From Cyanophyceae cyanobacterium (GTDB lineage: Bacteria > Cyanobacteriota > Cyanobacteriia > Cyanobacteriales > Laspinemataceae), in NCBI GenBank assembly GCA_038321985.1, contig JBBQFN010000030.1, forward strand, positions 1 to 62,219: a stretch of DNA of 62,219 nt. Reading direction: 5' to 3'. Position 1 is the stretch's first letter. Each line of letters starts with the position of its first letter. Below, one piece after another: positions 10,783 to 22,005 of the stretch. The notes below the pieces were generated by a model that did no database searches, had not been told where the DNA came from, and was given only the letters and a program-made list of their open reading frames with translations. Both the position numbers and the translations under genes were made by a program.

Positions 10783-12987
10783 TTAAGTGCTATTTCCCGA
10801 TAAAAACTGCATTAATTCCAATTGATTCCCGGCTTCTACCGTATCTACTGCGGCAAACCATTCTCGCCGCAACCGATCGCGATCGCCTAGGCGGTTGAAT
10901 TCATCTTCCCACACCTCGGAACGGACTTCTTCTAAAAAGATTTGCCATTCGGTTTTAACTCCTTCCACTCGCAATACGCGATCCATAAATTCCTCTATAA
11001 TCGCAAAAGCGGCTTGATTCGGTTCAATTAGCAAATTTTCTAGTGCCGTTTCACAATTATAAACCGCTTCGGCATGAAGGGTTTTAAGGTTTGATAACAC
11101 TTCGGAAGCGGAAATGCCTTGATGGGATAATTTTAAAGAAGTCTTATCCGGGTTTAATCCATCTAACTGCTGGCGAATTCGGTGCTGAATCAGTCCTCTG
11201 TAGGATAAATCAAACTCAGATAAAATTCTAAACCCTAACTTAAGTTTATGCAAGTCCTCGGGTAAAAACTCAGCGATAAACCCTAAAAACTCACTCCCGG
11301 TTGTGCTGCTGAGGTTTCCTAATCGTCCCTTTTCTATCAATACATCAGTAACCCGCGACTTAACGCGCTTGATCGCCTGTTTTAATCCCTCATCTAAAGT
11401 TAAAAAATGTTGGGATAAATGGGCGCGAATTTCATTCAAATATTGATAGTAAGCATTCGGATACCCTCCCACGCGATCGCGCCGAATTTCTATCTCTTCC
11501 AGACTGGGAATCCCCGGATCCATGCGACAAGCAGCAATCGCTACCTCTACCTGCTTTTTAAACTCCAAATCTTCCGCCTGTCGTTGCTGAGAAAGCTCTC
11601 GCAGAAAGCCCTCTAATCCGCTCGTTAAATTATTCCAAAGTGTATCAAATAGGCGCAAAAATAGGGGAAATTCGCTTTCTCGCTGCACCGCTTGGCCTAG
11701 GACCTGCCTTGCTTTGAACAGTTCCGCAGCAGTGCGATCTCGCAGTTGCAGCAATCGGTCTTGACAGGCAAATGCATATTGGCGGTCAAGTTCAGCTATT
11801 TTAGCGGTTAAATACCCCAAAACTCCCTCTAAAATTTGCTGATTTACGGCTACCGAATCGGCACAATTTACAGTCATCGTTTTGACAACTTCAATATGTT
11901 TTTCTGCCATGGTTTCCGCTAAATCTTGGCAGTTTTTGGCATTATCCCCATTTCCCGAACCGGCACTGGTTTGGTTGAGAATCATCATCGACCAGAGGGA
12001 GATGGGAAGTTCGGTTAAAGCCGTAGCAGCGGTGTCGTACAGTTTCACATCTACATCTGCCCAATAATCCCCAGAGGATTTAGGCATTCGCACAAAGAGT
12101 ACAAAATCCACCTCGTGACCGAGGGTTTCAATTAGCCTCACTTCGTCGCCAATGCCGGTATCTCCCAATCCAGGCATATCGACCAAGGCAATCGTCCCCA
12201 CATCCGCGTTTGGAAACGTACAAACAATTTTAACCTGGCGCACGGCGAGATAGTTGAAAAAAACGCGCTGACCATCCGGGGTATCTTGTGCGACATATTC
12301 GCGAATTTCATCTTGGGCAATGCGGCGCGGGGAGGGCTGTTGCAGGAGCGTACGGTAGTGGTCAAGGTGGGTGTGATAGCGGCGCAAATGTTCGTATTTA
12401 GCCCCGGTTTGTGCGCCGTAGAGGTCGCGAGGGAGGGGGGGGAGAGACTGCCGCGCAAAGTGATCAAGGGAATGAGGCGATGAGCCTAATTGAAGTTGGT
12501 CGTAATACGGGGCGATCGCCTCCTCTAAAAACGATCGCTCGTTATGGAAAACCACTTCCCCGTGAGTTTCCAGGGTGGGATTGTGGTAAATGGTGCTCAG
12601 AACGCCGGTACAATGTTGGCGATCGCCGTCGGGAATTTCCGAGGCGCTCAGTCCAGTTAAACTTTGTAATAAGCGACTTTTTCCTTGTCTAGCCCGTCCA
12701 ACTACGCCGATATTGAGAGTATGGCGAGAAAACCGGGCTTTTAGTTTAGCAATCGCCTCTAATTCTGTGGCAATCTGCACCTGAATTGGCAAAAAATCCA
12801 CATCCTGGAGATGTCCGCCGATTGCCGAGTCTTCCACTTGATTTAGAAGGCGATCGCGGTGGTCCTGTAAGGTACGAACTGCCGCCGCCAGGGACCTCAA
12901 ATTGTCCCCAACCCAACTCATTTTTTCGGCTAAGGGGCGACGTTTTTCGACAATCTGAGCAATTTGTGCCGTTCTCTGGTTATTCAT
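10783..12987 (-). CDS. Dynamin-like large GTPase with helical N- and C-terminal regions
   Basis: G1 GRARQGKS, G2 CTG, long insertion before G3 DMPG, G4-like LNQT; long helical/coiled-coil C-terminus; 734 aa. Confidence 0.8.
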   Translation of the reverse strand: MNNQRTAQIAQIVEKRRPLAEKMSWVGDNLRSLAAAVRTLQDHRDRLLNQVEDSAIGGHLQDVDFLPIQVQIATELEAIAKLKARFSRHTLNIGVVGRARQGKSRLLQSLTGLSASEIPDGDRQHCTGVLSTIYHNPTLETHGEVVFHNERSFLEEAIAPYYDQLQLGSSPHSLDHFARQSLPPLPRDLYGAQTGAKYEHLRRYHTHLDHYRTLLQQPSPRRIAQDEIREYVAQDTPDGQRVFFNYLAVRQVKIVCTFPNADVGTIALVDMPGLGDTGIGDEVRLIETLGHEVDFVLFVRMPKSSGDYWADVDVKLYDTAATALTELPISLWSMMILNQTSAGSGNGDNAKNCQDLAETMAEKHIEVVKTMTVNCADSVAVNQQILEGVLGYLTAKIAELDRQYAFACQDRLLQLRDRTAAELFKARQVLGQAVQRESEFPLFLRLFDTLWNNLTSGLEGFLRELSQQRQAEDLEFKKQVEVAIAACRMDPGIPSLEEIEIRRDRVGGYPNAYYQYLNEIRAHLSQHFLTLDEGLKQAIKRVKSRVTDVLIEKGRLGNLSSTTGSEFLGFIAEFLPEDLHKLKLGFRILSEFDLSYRGLIQHRIRQQLDGLNPDKTSLKLSHQGISASEVLSNLKTLHAEAVYNCETALENLLIEPNQAAFAIIEEFMDRVLRVEGVKTEWQIFLEEVRSEVWEDEFNRLGDRDRLRREWFAAVDTVEAGNQLELMQFLSGNST

Positions 12988-13046
12988 GGGGCGAAATTAA
13001 TTCTCGGTTCCCGTCCCCTCAATTATGAGGGATACAAGAAAAAAAA

Positions 13047-13081
13047 TAAGACCCTTTCATCTTACTAGATGAGGGTCTTAT
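13047..13081. terminator. Hairpin terminator between the ctp gene and the GTPase cluster
   Basis: ataagaccct-ttcatct...agatg-agggtcttat with an A-run on the left (U-run on the minus strand). Confidence 0.6.
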
Positions 13082-13249
13082 CTAACCATTCCAAATTCTA
13101 TTAAGCTGTTTTATATGTAACCTGCACACTGGAGCACAAAGGACGCACAGCAGCCTCCAATGGATGCATTCACAAACTCGGCCAGAAAGGAAGGAGTTAA
13201 ACCCTTTAAGTTTTCCAGCTCAAAACCCCTACAAATTTCTCGATTTCAG

Positions 13250-14557
13250 TTAATTAGCCGGAATCCGTTTAGCCCGTGCCGTGGCAATTTCTTGGCGCAG
13301 GACTTCCATTGCTCTCGAGTATTGGGGGTCTTGGGGGGAACCAATTAAGGTGCGATCGCCCCTTAAGAGTTTTTGTTGGTCCTCCGTGAGTTCGATCGCC
13401 ACATCTGGAGTAATCCCTTCATGGTTAATATCCGTGCCATTGGGCGTGAGATACTTAGCAATCGTTACCGCCAACCCGGATCCATCTCCGAGTCCACGCA
13501 CCGACTGCACTAAGCCCTTTCCAAACGTTTTTGAGCCGACGAGAACCGCACGCTCGTTATCGCGCAAGGCCCCGGACAAAATTTCACTGGCACTGGCCGA
13601 ACCGCCATCTACTAACACCACTAACGGTTTATTCGTCAGTGCGCGTCCGTTAGCTGTCTGACGGTCCATTTCGCCTACCCGGTTGACGGTGGAGACAATA
13701 CTGCCGGAATTGAGCCACATCCGAGCGATTTCAATGCTGGAATGAAGCAGACCCCCGGGGTTAGACCGCAGATCCAAAATATAACCGGAAACATTCTGGC
13801 CTTCCAGGTCCTTGATGGCGTCGCGCATTTCTTCGGCTGCGATCGCATTAAAATTGGTCAGGCGGACATATCCCACCCCACCCATCGGGCTTTCCTGATA
13901 ACTGTAGCGGACCGAATGGATGGCGATAAGTTCGCGCCGAATCTTGTAGTCCTGAATCTCCTTGGTACCCTGTTGTTCGTTTATCACCCGTTCGATGGTT
14001 AGAGTCACCTCCGTGCCAACGGGACCGCGAATTAGACTCACCGCCTCATTGATATCCATCCCCTCGGTACTTTGTCCGTCAATCTTGAGGATGGCGTCTC
14101 TGGCTTGAATTCCCATAGAGAAAGCCGGTGTATCCTCAATTGGAGAAATCACGATCAGTTGCTTCGTCTCTTCATCCTGGGACAGTTGAATGCCCACCCC
14201 CGTCAGTTCTCCAGAAGTATCAATTTGCATATTCTTGAACTCTTCTGGATTCATGAACCGGGTGTAGGGGTCCCCCAGCTTATCCAGCATTTCTCGGATT
14301 GCTGTGTAAGCTTCCTCCTTGTCGGTATAGGGTCGGGTCAGATACTCTTGGCGAACGGTTTCCCAATCCACTTGGTTAAACGTGGCATCCACATAGTTGC
14401 GGTTAATAATTTGCCAAACTTCGTCTACCAGTTCTTTGGGACTGTCTTGAAAAAATGCTTGACTTTGGGACAGATGAAGTCCCGCCCCCGTGACAGTAAC
14501 AGCCGTTAAAGCCACTGCTGTTGCACCTACTATAAGCCCGCGTTTTGTAATCACCAT
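13250..14557 (-). CDS. ctpC: Carboxyl-terminal processing protease (S41; CtpC-like paralog)
   Basis: Signal peptide, PDZ domain, DLRSNPGG, SASASEI (Ser), KTFGKG (Lys); paralog assignment less certain than family. Confidence 0.8.
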   Translation of the reverse strand: MVITKRGLIVGATAVALTAVTVTGAGLHLSQSQAFFQDSPKELVDEVWQIINRNYVDATFNQVDWETVRQEYLTRPYTDKEEAYTAIREMLDKLGDPYTRFMNPEEFKNMQIDTSGELTGVGIQLSQDEETKQLIVISPIEDTPAFSMGIQARDAILKIDGQSTEGMDINEAVSLIRGPVGTEVTLTIERVINEQQGTKEIQDYKIRRELIAIHSVRYSYQESPMGGVGYVRLTNFNAIAAEEMRDAIKDLEGQNVSGYILDLRSNPGGLLHSSIEIARMWLNSGSIVSTVNRVGEMDRQTANGRALTNKPLVVLVDGGSASASEILSGALRDNERAVLVGSKTFGKGLVQSVRGLGDGSGLAVTIAKYLTPNGTDINHEGITPDVAIELTEDQQKLLRGDRTLIGSPQDPQYSRAMEVLRQEIATARAKRIPAN

Positions 14558-15029
14558 ATATATTCAATCAAGAAGGAAAAACTACGATAAGGACGACCCC
14601 GGTTGACTCTTCTATCTTTCGACAAAGAAGGTAGTAGGATGAAGGCGATGGAGAGGGAAACAATGGGGGGATGAAGGCAAAGCGCCGCGTTGATATTTAA
14701 CTATAGATGGCTGACCCGATGAGAAAGCGCCTGCCCTGATTCTATCGCCCGTAATAGGCCGAGGACAGCTAAAATACTGAATTTCCGATGTTCAGGATTT
14801 TATGGATAGATTTTGTCCTTAGCCTTACGATAACACAGGCTTTACTGAGGTAACAGAGGGGCATTATTCTCCTTAAGCCTGATCAAATTGGCGATCGCTT
14901 GCCGGATTCCGTCTAGGGCGTCGGCACTCCCGTTCAGAAACCGGGTTCTTTCCAAAAACTCGGGCCCAAGCCCCAACTGTGTGATCACAATCCGGTTTCT
15001 TGTCCCCTCCCCACTCTGCCTCCGAACCC

Positions 15030-16256
15030 CTAGGGATCAACCCAACGCCCATCGGCTTGAATCAACTTAATTAACTCATCAACGCCCTGAGATTCCGGGA
15101 CCTTTTTAATTTCGTCCCGGCCCCGATAGAGGGAAATATACCCCGGTTGCTTGCCCACATAACCATAGTCGGCATCAGCCATTTCCCCAGGTCCATTGAC
15201 AATGCAACCCATTACAGCAATATCGAGTCCCGTCAGGTGTTTAGTGGCTTCTCGGACCTGATGGAGTACCTCTTCTAAATTAAACAGGGTACGACCACAA
15301 GAAGGGCAGGCGACATATTCCACCATCGTCTTTCGCAGACCCAACGCTTGCAGGATACTGTAACAGACGGGAATTTCTTTTTCCGGGGCTTCGGTGAGGG
15401 AAACCCGAATCGTGTCGCCAATGCCTTCGGCTAATAGGGTGCCGATGCCAGCAGTGGACTTAATCCGACCATATTCCCCATCCCCAGCTTCCGTGACCCC
15501 CAGGTGCAGGGGATAATCCATTCCCAGGTGATCCATGCGCTGTGCCATGAGACGATAGGCGGCCAACATCACCGGCACGCGGGATGCTTTCATGGAAATG
15601 ACCAGGTTGCGGAAGTCTAAGGATTCGCAAATTCTGATAAATTCTAGGGCAGATTCAACCATGCCCTCGGGGGTATCCCCATAACTAAATAGCATCCGTT
15701 CAGCCAAGGACCCGTGATTGACCCCAATCCGCATGGATTTACCTTGGTCTCGTAGAGAAATCACCAATGGTTCTAGGGTTGCCCGGATTTTTTCCCCAAT
15801 TTCGGCAAACTCAGTGGGGGTGTAGTCGGTGCGGTCTGCTTTAGGCTTTTCAAAGACGTAAAGTCCGGGATTGATTCGCACCTTATCAACGTGCTTGGCG
15901 ACTTCAAGGGCAATTTTCATGCCGTTGTGATGGACGTCGGCGACGAGGGGGACGAGTTGATAGGTGCGCGCGAGTCTTTGCTTAATTTCGGCCAGGGCTT
16001 TAGCGTGGGCCATGCTGGGGACGGTGACGCGGACGATTTCACAGCCAATTTCATGAAGGCGACGAATTCCCGCCACGGAACCCTCGATATCTAAGGTATC
16101 TTCGTTAATCATGGACTGCACCACCACGGGGTGTCCGCCACCGATGATGATGTTTCCCACCGGAACCGGGCGGGTTTTGCGACGGTGGATGGTGGTGTCC
16201 GTCAGGGCGTTAAGGTCAGTCGGTTGGGTGGTCGTTGGGTTTGGGAGTGTTTGCAT
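15030..16256 (-). CDS. ispG: (E)-4-hydroxy-3-methylbut-2-enyl diphosphate synthase
   Basis: [45 protein letters not shown] at 16256. Confidence 0.96.
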   Translation of the reverse strand: MQTLPNPTTTQPTDLNALTDTTIHRRKTRPVPVGNIIIGGGHPVVVQSMINEDTLDIEGSVAGIRRLHEIGCEIVRVTVPSMAHAKALAEIKQRLARTYQLVPLVADVHHNGMKIALEVAKHVDKVRINPGLYVFEKPKADRTDYTPTEFAEIGEKIRATLEPLVISLRDQGKSMRIGVNHGSLAERMLFSYGDTPEGMVESALEFIRICESLDFRNLVISMKASRVPVMLAAYRLMAQRMDHLGMDYPLHLGVTEAGDGEYGRIKSTAGIGTLLAEGIGDTIRVSLTEAPEKEIPVCYSILQALGLRKTMVEYVACPSCGRTLFNLEEVLHQVREATKHLTGLDIAVMGCIVNGPGEMADADYGYVGKQPGYISLYRGRDEIKKVPESQGVDELIKLIQADGRWVDP

Positions 16257-16904
16257 ACTGGCGATCGCAATCCAAGAGTTGCTTTGGAGGGTGCTTGATT
16301 GGGTCAGGACCCAGGGCGATCTCATTCAGCCCGGTTTGGGGATTTCATCCCTTCTTGATCGGCCAATAGACGCGCCGGGGTGTTATCGTCTGGGTTCTGT
16401 TTTTCAGGTTGCCATAAATTGGGTCAATTTGGCTGGAAATCCTCACAGAAAACTCCCTTAATTTCCCTGAATCTCCCGCCACTATGCCAAATACCAGGGG
16501 ATTCTCCCGGAATGAAACTCGCCCTGGATTCCTCCAACATCCCAGAGATTTTTGGAGTGAATCGATACGAGGAGACGGGAAACAGATAAGATAGGAAGAT
16601 ATTTTCGCCGATGGCAAGTCCGATCGCTTGCGATCGCGCCACGCTAATCTCGAAGGGTGCGATTCTTGCTATAAAACCTTTGTTGTTAAACGGATTGCTT
16701 GCATGGAAATCAATCGATGTGTTGTGAGTGCCAGAGCTGTCTATCCTGAACGCAAGTGCTTCAAAATGCCAGGAGCGCTCGAACGAAGGCCCCTATTCAA
16801 CCCCCTGCAGGAGTCCTGACCCCCTAATTATCTAAATATCCAAGAGGGAATAGCCCTCTGGCCCCCGAAAACTATTCACTCAACCGCCGCTACAGATCTA
16901 CGCT

Positions 16905-19900
16905 ATGCAATTGATTAACCCGATGACTGGACAGCTCATCCAAGGGCGCTATCAACTCCTCAAAGACCTCAAGCGAGGAGCTTTTGGTAAACTCTATCTG
17001 GCTGAAGACCTGCAACAGCCGGACCAACCGCGCCCCTGTGTTGTTAAACAACTTCAACCGAATCTCTCCAATCCAGCTCTGCTGGCCGAAGCCCGAGAGC
17101 GCTTGCACCGAGAAATCAAAGTGATGCAAACTTTAAGCGCTCATCCGCTGATTCCCCGCATTTTGGATGGGTTTGAGCAGGACCAAAAATTTTATATTGT
17201 TGAAGAATTTATTGAGGGTCAAGACCTCAGTCAAGAAATCATTCGAGGCAACCGATGGAGCGAAGGACTGGTGATGGCTCTGTTGCATCAGGTCCTGGAA
17301 GTGTTGGCTTTCCTTCATCAACACCAGGTCATCCATCGTAACATTAAACCCTCTAATTTAATCCGCCGTAAGGTTGATCGCAAAATTATCCCGGTTGATT
17401 TTGGTTCCCTCAAAGAAATCGAAACCTTGGCCTTTAATCCCCAAGGACAAATCGGCACGGCGGCGATCGGAACTCCGGGTTATGTTCCTATCGAACAACT
17501 TGGGGGCAAACCTCGCTGTAATAGCGATATTTATGCCTTGGGCATGACCGCCATTCAAGCCTTAACGGGACTTGCTCCCCGGGAGTTAGAACGGGACCCG
17601 AAAACCGGCCAAACTATCTGGCACCATCTGGCCCCGGTGAATCCGAAGTTGGCTCAAATTCTGGATAAAATGGTGCGCTCGGACTATCAAGAACGCTACC
17701 AACAAGCAACCGAAGTGCTAACGGATTTGCGCTCTTTACATGAGATTGGTAATGTTCTCGATGGTCGCTATCAAGTCGTGAGTCTGTTAGCGGAACGCCG
17801 GTTTAGTAAAACTTTTTTAGCTGAGGATTTGCAACGTCAGGAAATGCCCTGGTGTACGATTGAGCAAATTAAACCCCCTCAACAAGAAACCTTTCCCTGG
17901 TGGGAAGCTAAAAGTTTTTTTGATGCGGAAGCGCAACTGTTACATCGCTTAGGAACTCACGACAAAATTCCGACGCTGCTGGCCGATTTTGAGCAAAATG
18001 GGGCATTTTATTTGGTCCATGAGTATCTTGAAGGGCAGTCGCTTTCTCAGGAGTTTATCCAGGGGAAAAAGTATGAAGAAAAAGAGGCGATCGCTCTCTT
18101 GCAAGAGGTCCTGGAAACTCTAGCTTTTGTCCATGAGCATCATGCCATTCACTCGGATTTGACTCCGTGGAGTTTATTCCGGCGTCAGTCGGATGGCAAA
18201 CTAATGTTGAGCAATTTTGGCGCGGTTAAGCAAATTGGCACTCTAACGATTGACCAGGGCCAGCTAACAACCTCTACGGCGATCGGGACTCCGGGATATA
18301 TGCCGAAGGAGCAAATGGTCGGTAATCCCCGCCCAAATAGCGATATCTACGCCCTTGGTGCAGTGGTCCTGCAAGGATTAACCGGGGTACGTCCGGATTA
18401 TCTGGGTACCGACCCCCATACCGGGGAACTCAGTTGGCATAAGCACGTTCAGGTGAGCGATCGCTTTGGGGCGATTCTAGATAAAATGGTGCGCTCTTAT
18501 TTCCGGGAACGGTATGAATCGGCGCAGGAGGTGTTAGCGGATCTGCGCGCCCTCCAGGACCCCATTCTCGCCCCCTTTCCCGAGTCGGTCCCTATGCCAA
18601 TGGCGGCAAATGGTGCGGTTTCTCCCCAAATCCCCATGGGCAAACCAGACCCTGTAACTGAGTCAGTCGCCCCAGTTAAAGCACTGGACCGGATGGGGGC
18701 CTCTGCTGTCCCTGCGTTTGCTAAAATTTCAGGAAAGTTACCGTCGGTCAAGCCTTGGCCGATTGTGGCGGTGGTGGCCCTGGTGGGAATGGCAGGGGGG
18801 GCAGTCGCCATCAGCAACTCTCACCAAAATCGGCAAGGCCGCGATCGCTCAGAAACGTTTATTCAAAATGCCAGTTTGCTTTTGGAGTCTCAGGACTACA
18901 TGGCAGCCCTGGATCAGTGCGATCAGGCGATCGGGATTAAGGCAGATTATGCCTTAGCTTGGAAATGTCGCGGGGATGCACTCTACCTGCTGGACCGCTA
19001 TGAATCTGCTCTGGTAGCTTACGACAATGCCAGTCGCTTAGAACCGAAAAATGCCCGGTATTGGAACAATCGCGGAGAAACACTGTATCAATTACAGCGC
19101 TACGAGGAGGCAATCACTTCTCACGATCGCGCTTTAGAACTTCGCCAGAATGATATCAATGCGCTCAAGGGTCGCGGTATTGCCCTCTTGAGTTTGCAGC
19201 GCTACGATCAGGCACTGGCTGAACTGGACAAGGCTTTGGAAATCGAGCCGAATGACCCCCAAGGGTGGGAACGCAAGGGGTTGGTTTTAAATTATTTACA
19301 ACGTCCCCAAGAGGCCGATCGCGCCTTTGAATTGTCCCTAGCGGCTTACGATCGCCAGTTGGAAACGAACCCCGATAATTTGAATGCCTGGTTGGAACGG
19401 GGTCGGTTATTAAATCAGTTGCAACGTCTGGACGAGGCGATCGCTTCGTTTGATCGGGCTTTGGAGATTAATCCCGATTATTATTTGGCCTGGAATGCGA
19501 TGGGAACGGTTCTCTATGGCGCTTCCGAATTTTATGAGGCGTTAGCAGCTTACGATAAGGCCCTGGCAATTGAACCGGATTTTTATAAGGGGTGGCATAA
19601 CCGAGGGGTGTTGTTAAGTCAGGGTTTGAGTCGCGATTTTGAGGCGATCGAGTCTTATGATCGGGCGGTGGCGATTGAGGGCACGTTCTCTCCCGCTTGG
19701 CGCGATCGGGGATTGGCACAAATGCAACTGCGCCGTTTCCCGGAGGCAGTCGCCTCGTTTGATGAGGTGGTGAAGATTGAACCTAATGATGGCAAATCCT
19801 GGGCGAATCGCGGGGTATCTTTGAATGAGATGCGGCTTTACGCTGAGGCGATCGAATCGTTTGATCGAGCGATCGCCGTTCAACCCCAAGATCCCTTAGT

Positions 19901-20045
19901 CTGGACTCAACGCGGTATCGCCTTGGAGTCCCTGGAGCGCTATGATGAAGCTCTGGCCTCTTACGACAAAGCCCTAGAGATTCAACCGGATTTTGCCCTA
20001 GCCCTGGAGTCCCGCGACTGGGTGTTAGGCAAGTTAGGCCGCTGA
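16905..20045 (+). CDS. Membrane protein with tandem Ser/Thr kinase-like domains, TM helix and TPR array
   Basis: Two Hanks-type folds (GTPGY, SDIYALG twice), TM WPIVAVVALVGMAGGAVAI, about 11 TPR repeats. Confidence 0.9.
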   Translation: MQLINPMTGQLIQGRYQLLKDLKRGAFGKLYLAEDLQQPDQPRPCVVKQLQPNLSNPALLAEARERLHREIKVMQTLSAHPLIPRILDGFEQDQKFYIVEEFIEGQDLSQEIIRGNRWSEGLVMALLHQVLEVLAFLHQHQVIHRNIKPSNLIRRKVDRKIIPVDFGSLKEIETLAFNPQGQIGTAAIGTPGYVPIEQLGGKPRCNSDIYALGMTAIQALTGLAPRELERDPKTGQTIWHHLAPVNPKLAQILDKMVRSDYQERYQQATEVLTDLRSLHEIGNVLDGRYQVVSLLAERRFSKTFLAEDLQRQEMPWCTIEQIKPPQQETFPWWEAKSFFDAEAQLLHRLGTHDKIPTLLADFEQNGAFYLVHEYLEGQSLSQEFIQGKKYEEKEAIALLQEVLETLAFVHEHHAIHSDLTPWSLFRRQSDGKLMLSNFGAVKQIGTLTIDQGQLTTSTAIGTPGYMPKEQMVGNPRPNSDIYALGAVVLQGLTGVRPDYLGTDPHTGELSWHKHVQVSDRFGAILDKMVRSYFRERYESAQEVLADLRALQDPILAPFPESVPMPMAANGAVSPQIPMGKPDPVTESVAPVKALDRMGASAVPAFAKISGKLPSVKPWPIVAVVALVGMAGGAVAISNSHQNRQGRDRSETFIQNASLLLESQDYMAALDQCDQAIGIKADYALAWKCRGDALYLLDRYESALVAYDNASRLEPKNARYWNNRGETLYQLQRYEEAITSHDRALELRQNDINALKGRGIALLSLQRYDQALAELDKALEIEPNDPQGWERKGLVLNYLQRPQEADRAFELSLAAYDRQLETNPDNLNAWLERGRLLNQLQRLDEAIASFDRALEINPDYYLAWNAMGTVLYGASEFYEALAAYDKALAIEPDFYKGWHNRGVLLSQGLSRDFEAIESYDRAVAIEGTFSPAWRDRGLAQMQLRRFPEAVASFDEVVKIEPNDGKSWANRGVSLNEMRLYAEAIESFDRAIAVQPQDPLVWTQRGIALESLERYDEALASYDKALEIQPDFALALESRDWVLGKLGR

Positions 20046-20150
20046 AATTAAGGTTGTCATTCTCAAAAACGTAGCTACATTTAGTATCCTCCCCTTCGTC
20101 AGGGGAGGGTGAGGGCGGGGTCCAAACCCAGGGTTGTTAAGGGGTAAGGT

Positions 20151-20339
20151 TCATAACGGCTGGCATTTTCCGGCCCGAATCAAACCTACCCGACGCGCGA
20201 TCGCCGCGTCCCGTGAATCAAAGGGTCCCCATTTCTCGACTAGATCCGGTAGGTTCTGCCCTTCCAGGCGATCGCTGGGGAGGATTTCACAGGTTTCGTT
20301 TTGGTGCTTGACAATATAACACTTTTGTGTAGTCGTCAT
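20151..20339 (-). CDS. Small conserved cyanobacterial hypothetical protein
   Basis: YIVK...CEI...WGPF...AIARRVGLIRAGKCQP pattern; co-directional with the SPFH gene. Confidence 0.7.
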   Translation of the reverse strand: MTTTQKCYIVKHQNETCEILPSDRLEGQNLPDLVEKWGPFDSRDAAIARRVGLIRAGKCQPL

Positions 20340-20390
20340 CGGTATTCTCGATTCCACAGAGCAGGGAGTTGGCAGTATAATCGAAATCGC

Positions 20391-21272
20391 CTACGGTTGG
20401 AGAATCACCGGCACGTTGCCATTATTTCCCGACCCGCCCATAATCACTACTTTACTATTATTAGAATTAGCAAGGCGATCGGTTGCTTCAATATTCCGCC
20501 ATTGCAGGAATTGCGAAGTTAAACCGGGGGAAATAATTTGTTGATAATCGGCAATTCCTAGGGCTTCAATGCGCTTACGCTCTGCCTCTTGACGCTCTTT
20601 TTGTAACACCAATTCCATGCGCTGATTATCCTGTTCTACTTCCATTTTTTGTTCAATGGCGGCTTGTAATTTCTCCGGCAGCGCCACATCTTTGAGGAAG
20701 GCTTCTTCTACGATAAAACCTAGGGGAGTTAAGGACTCGCGCATCGCTAAACGCAGTCGCCGAGTTACTTCTTCCCGTTTTGCAGTGTAAATATCTCTAG
20801 CGGGATAATTAGATGTAATTTCCCGAATAATCGCCTGAAAACGCGATCGCACGATTTCTTCATCATTTGGGCCAATATTTTGATAAACATCTGCCGCACT
20901 ATTGGGGTCTAAGCGATACTGAATGGTTCCATCTACAATTAGGTTTAGCCCTTCTTGGGAGGTGGCTGAAATTTTTTCCGGCATATCCCGCAGGCGTGTA
21001 GAAAACTTCAACACTCTCCCGAATGGGTTCACCCAATGCACCCCGGGGGTCAGGGTTTCGACAGATACTTTCCCAAAAACCTCTATCACCCCAACTTTGC
21101 CTGATGGGATAATGGTAAAGGTTTTTAACAGAGAAACTGTCGCTGCAATAATACCAATTAATAGGGCAACGGCACGGACGGTATTTCGATGCTTTTCGTC
21201 CGAAAACTTAGGTCCAACGAGAAGGACCAAAATTGACAGGAGACTGGTGAGGAGTGTGGCAATGAAGGTCAT
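20391..21272 (-). CDS. SPFH/prohibitin (band 7) family membrane protein
   Basis: Two N-terminal TMs, GKVGVIEVFG, PGVHWVNPF, SQEGL, coiled-coil EAERKRIEA. Confidence 0.9.
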   Translation of the reverse strand: MTFIATLLTSLLSILVLLVGPKFSDEKHRNTVRAVALLIGIIAATVSLLKTFTIIPSGKVGVIEVFGKVSVETLTPGVHWVNPFGRVLKFSTRLRDMPEKISATSQEGLNLIVDGTIQYRLDPNSAADVYQNIGPNDEEIVRSRFQAIIREITSNYPARDIYTAKREEVTRRLRLAMRESLTPLGFIVEEAFLKDVALPEKLQAAIEQKMEVEQDNQRMELVLQKERQEAERKRIEALGIADYQQIISPGLTSQFLQWRNIEATDRLANSNNSKVVIMGGSGNNGNVPVILQP

Positions 21273-22005
21273 AGGATTACCTCAAACTGCTGAATGAAGG
21301 GGGCATCGACAATGAAATACAATTCAGTTTAAATCAAGCAAAGCTCACAGATTCTTTCAACTTTTTCCAGGGGCAATCCGACAGCCGCCCCACCAATTTT
21401 GCTAGGATACCACATTGGGTACGGCCCGATCGCTTGAAGAAAAATTTGTTATAAAAATTTTCTATGGAGGACTCGGGGGCCAATTAATTGATGTAGGATG
21501 AAAGCGAAGGCTCTAAACAGAGGCTAGGTGCGGAATTTTTCAGTACCGCTCCCCCTTAGTCCGGAAATTTCAAAGTTTCTCTCCTGGATCTAGGGTTGGG
21601 GGAGACCCCCATCAACCCGGGGAATGTGAGTAGTAACGGCTTGGTGTTTTTTTTACGAGCAGAATATCAACCTATCAGAACTTAGTATGTATTAATTGCT
21701 CAATGCGGCTTTTAATACAGAGTGATTCAAGCCTCCCTTTGATTATTCCTTGATTGGCGTGAATGTGACATCCTGGCCTCACATAAAAAATTTACGCTTT
21801 TCCCTCTGAGCGATCGCGCTGATACCCGATGATACTCCCTTTCGTTTTCATCGGTCTAAAAAACCCTACAGCCCATACAACGTAAAGCCCAGCAACCGCC
21901 TGTAGGTGGGGTGGAGATAAAACGAACTGGGCCAAATCGAATTGGGTATGAGTATTATTTAACCCCAATTAAGACCCTAATTTCTGTTAAATATCCTGCT
22001 CCTAT

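Noticed and set aside
16345..16819. Several short ORFs between ispG and the kinase gene
   Set aside because: Mutually overlapping in a divergent promoter region, no protein-like features
21764..21784. TGTGA...TCACA CRP-like inverted repeat
   Set aside because: Spacer is 10 nt rather than 6
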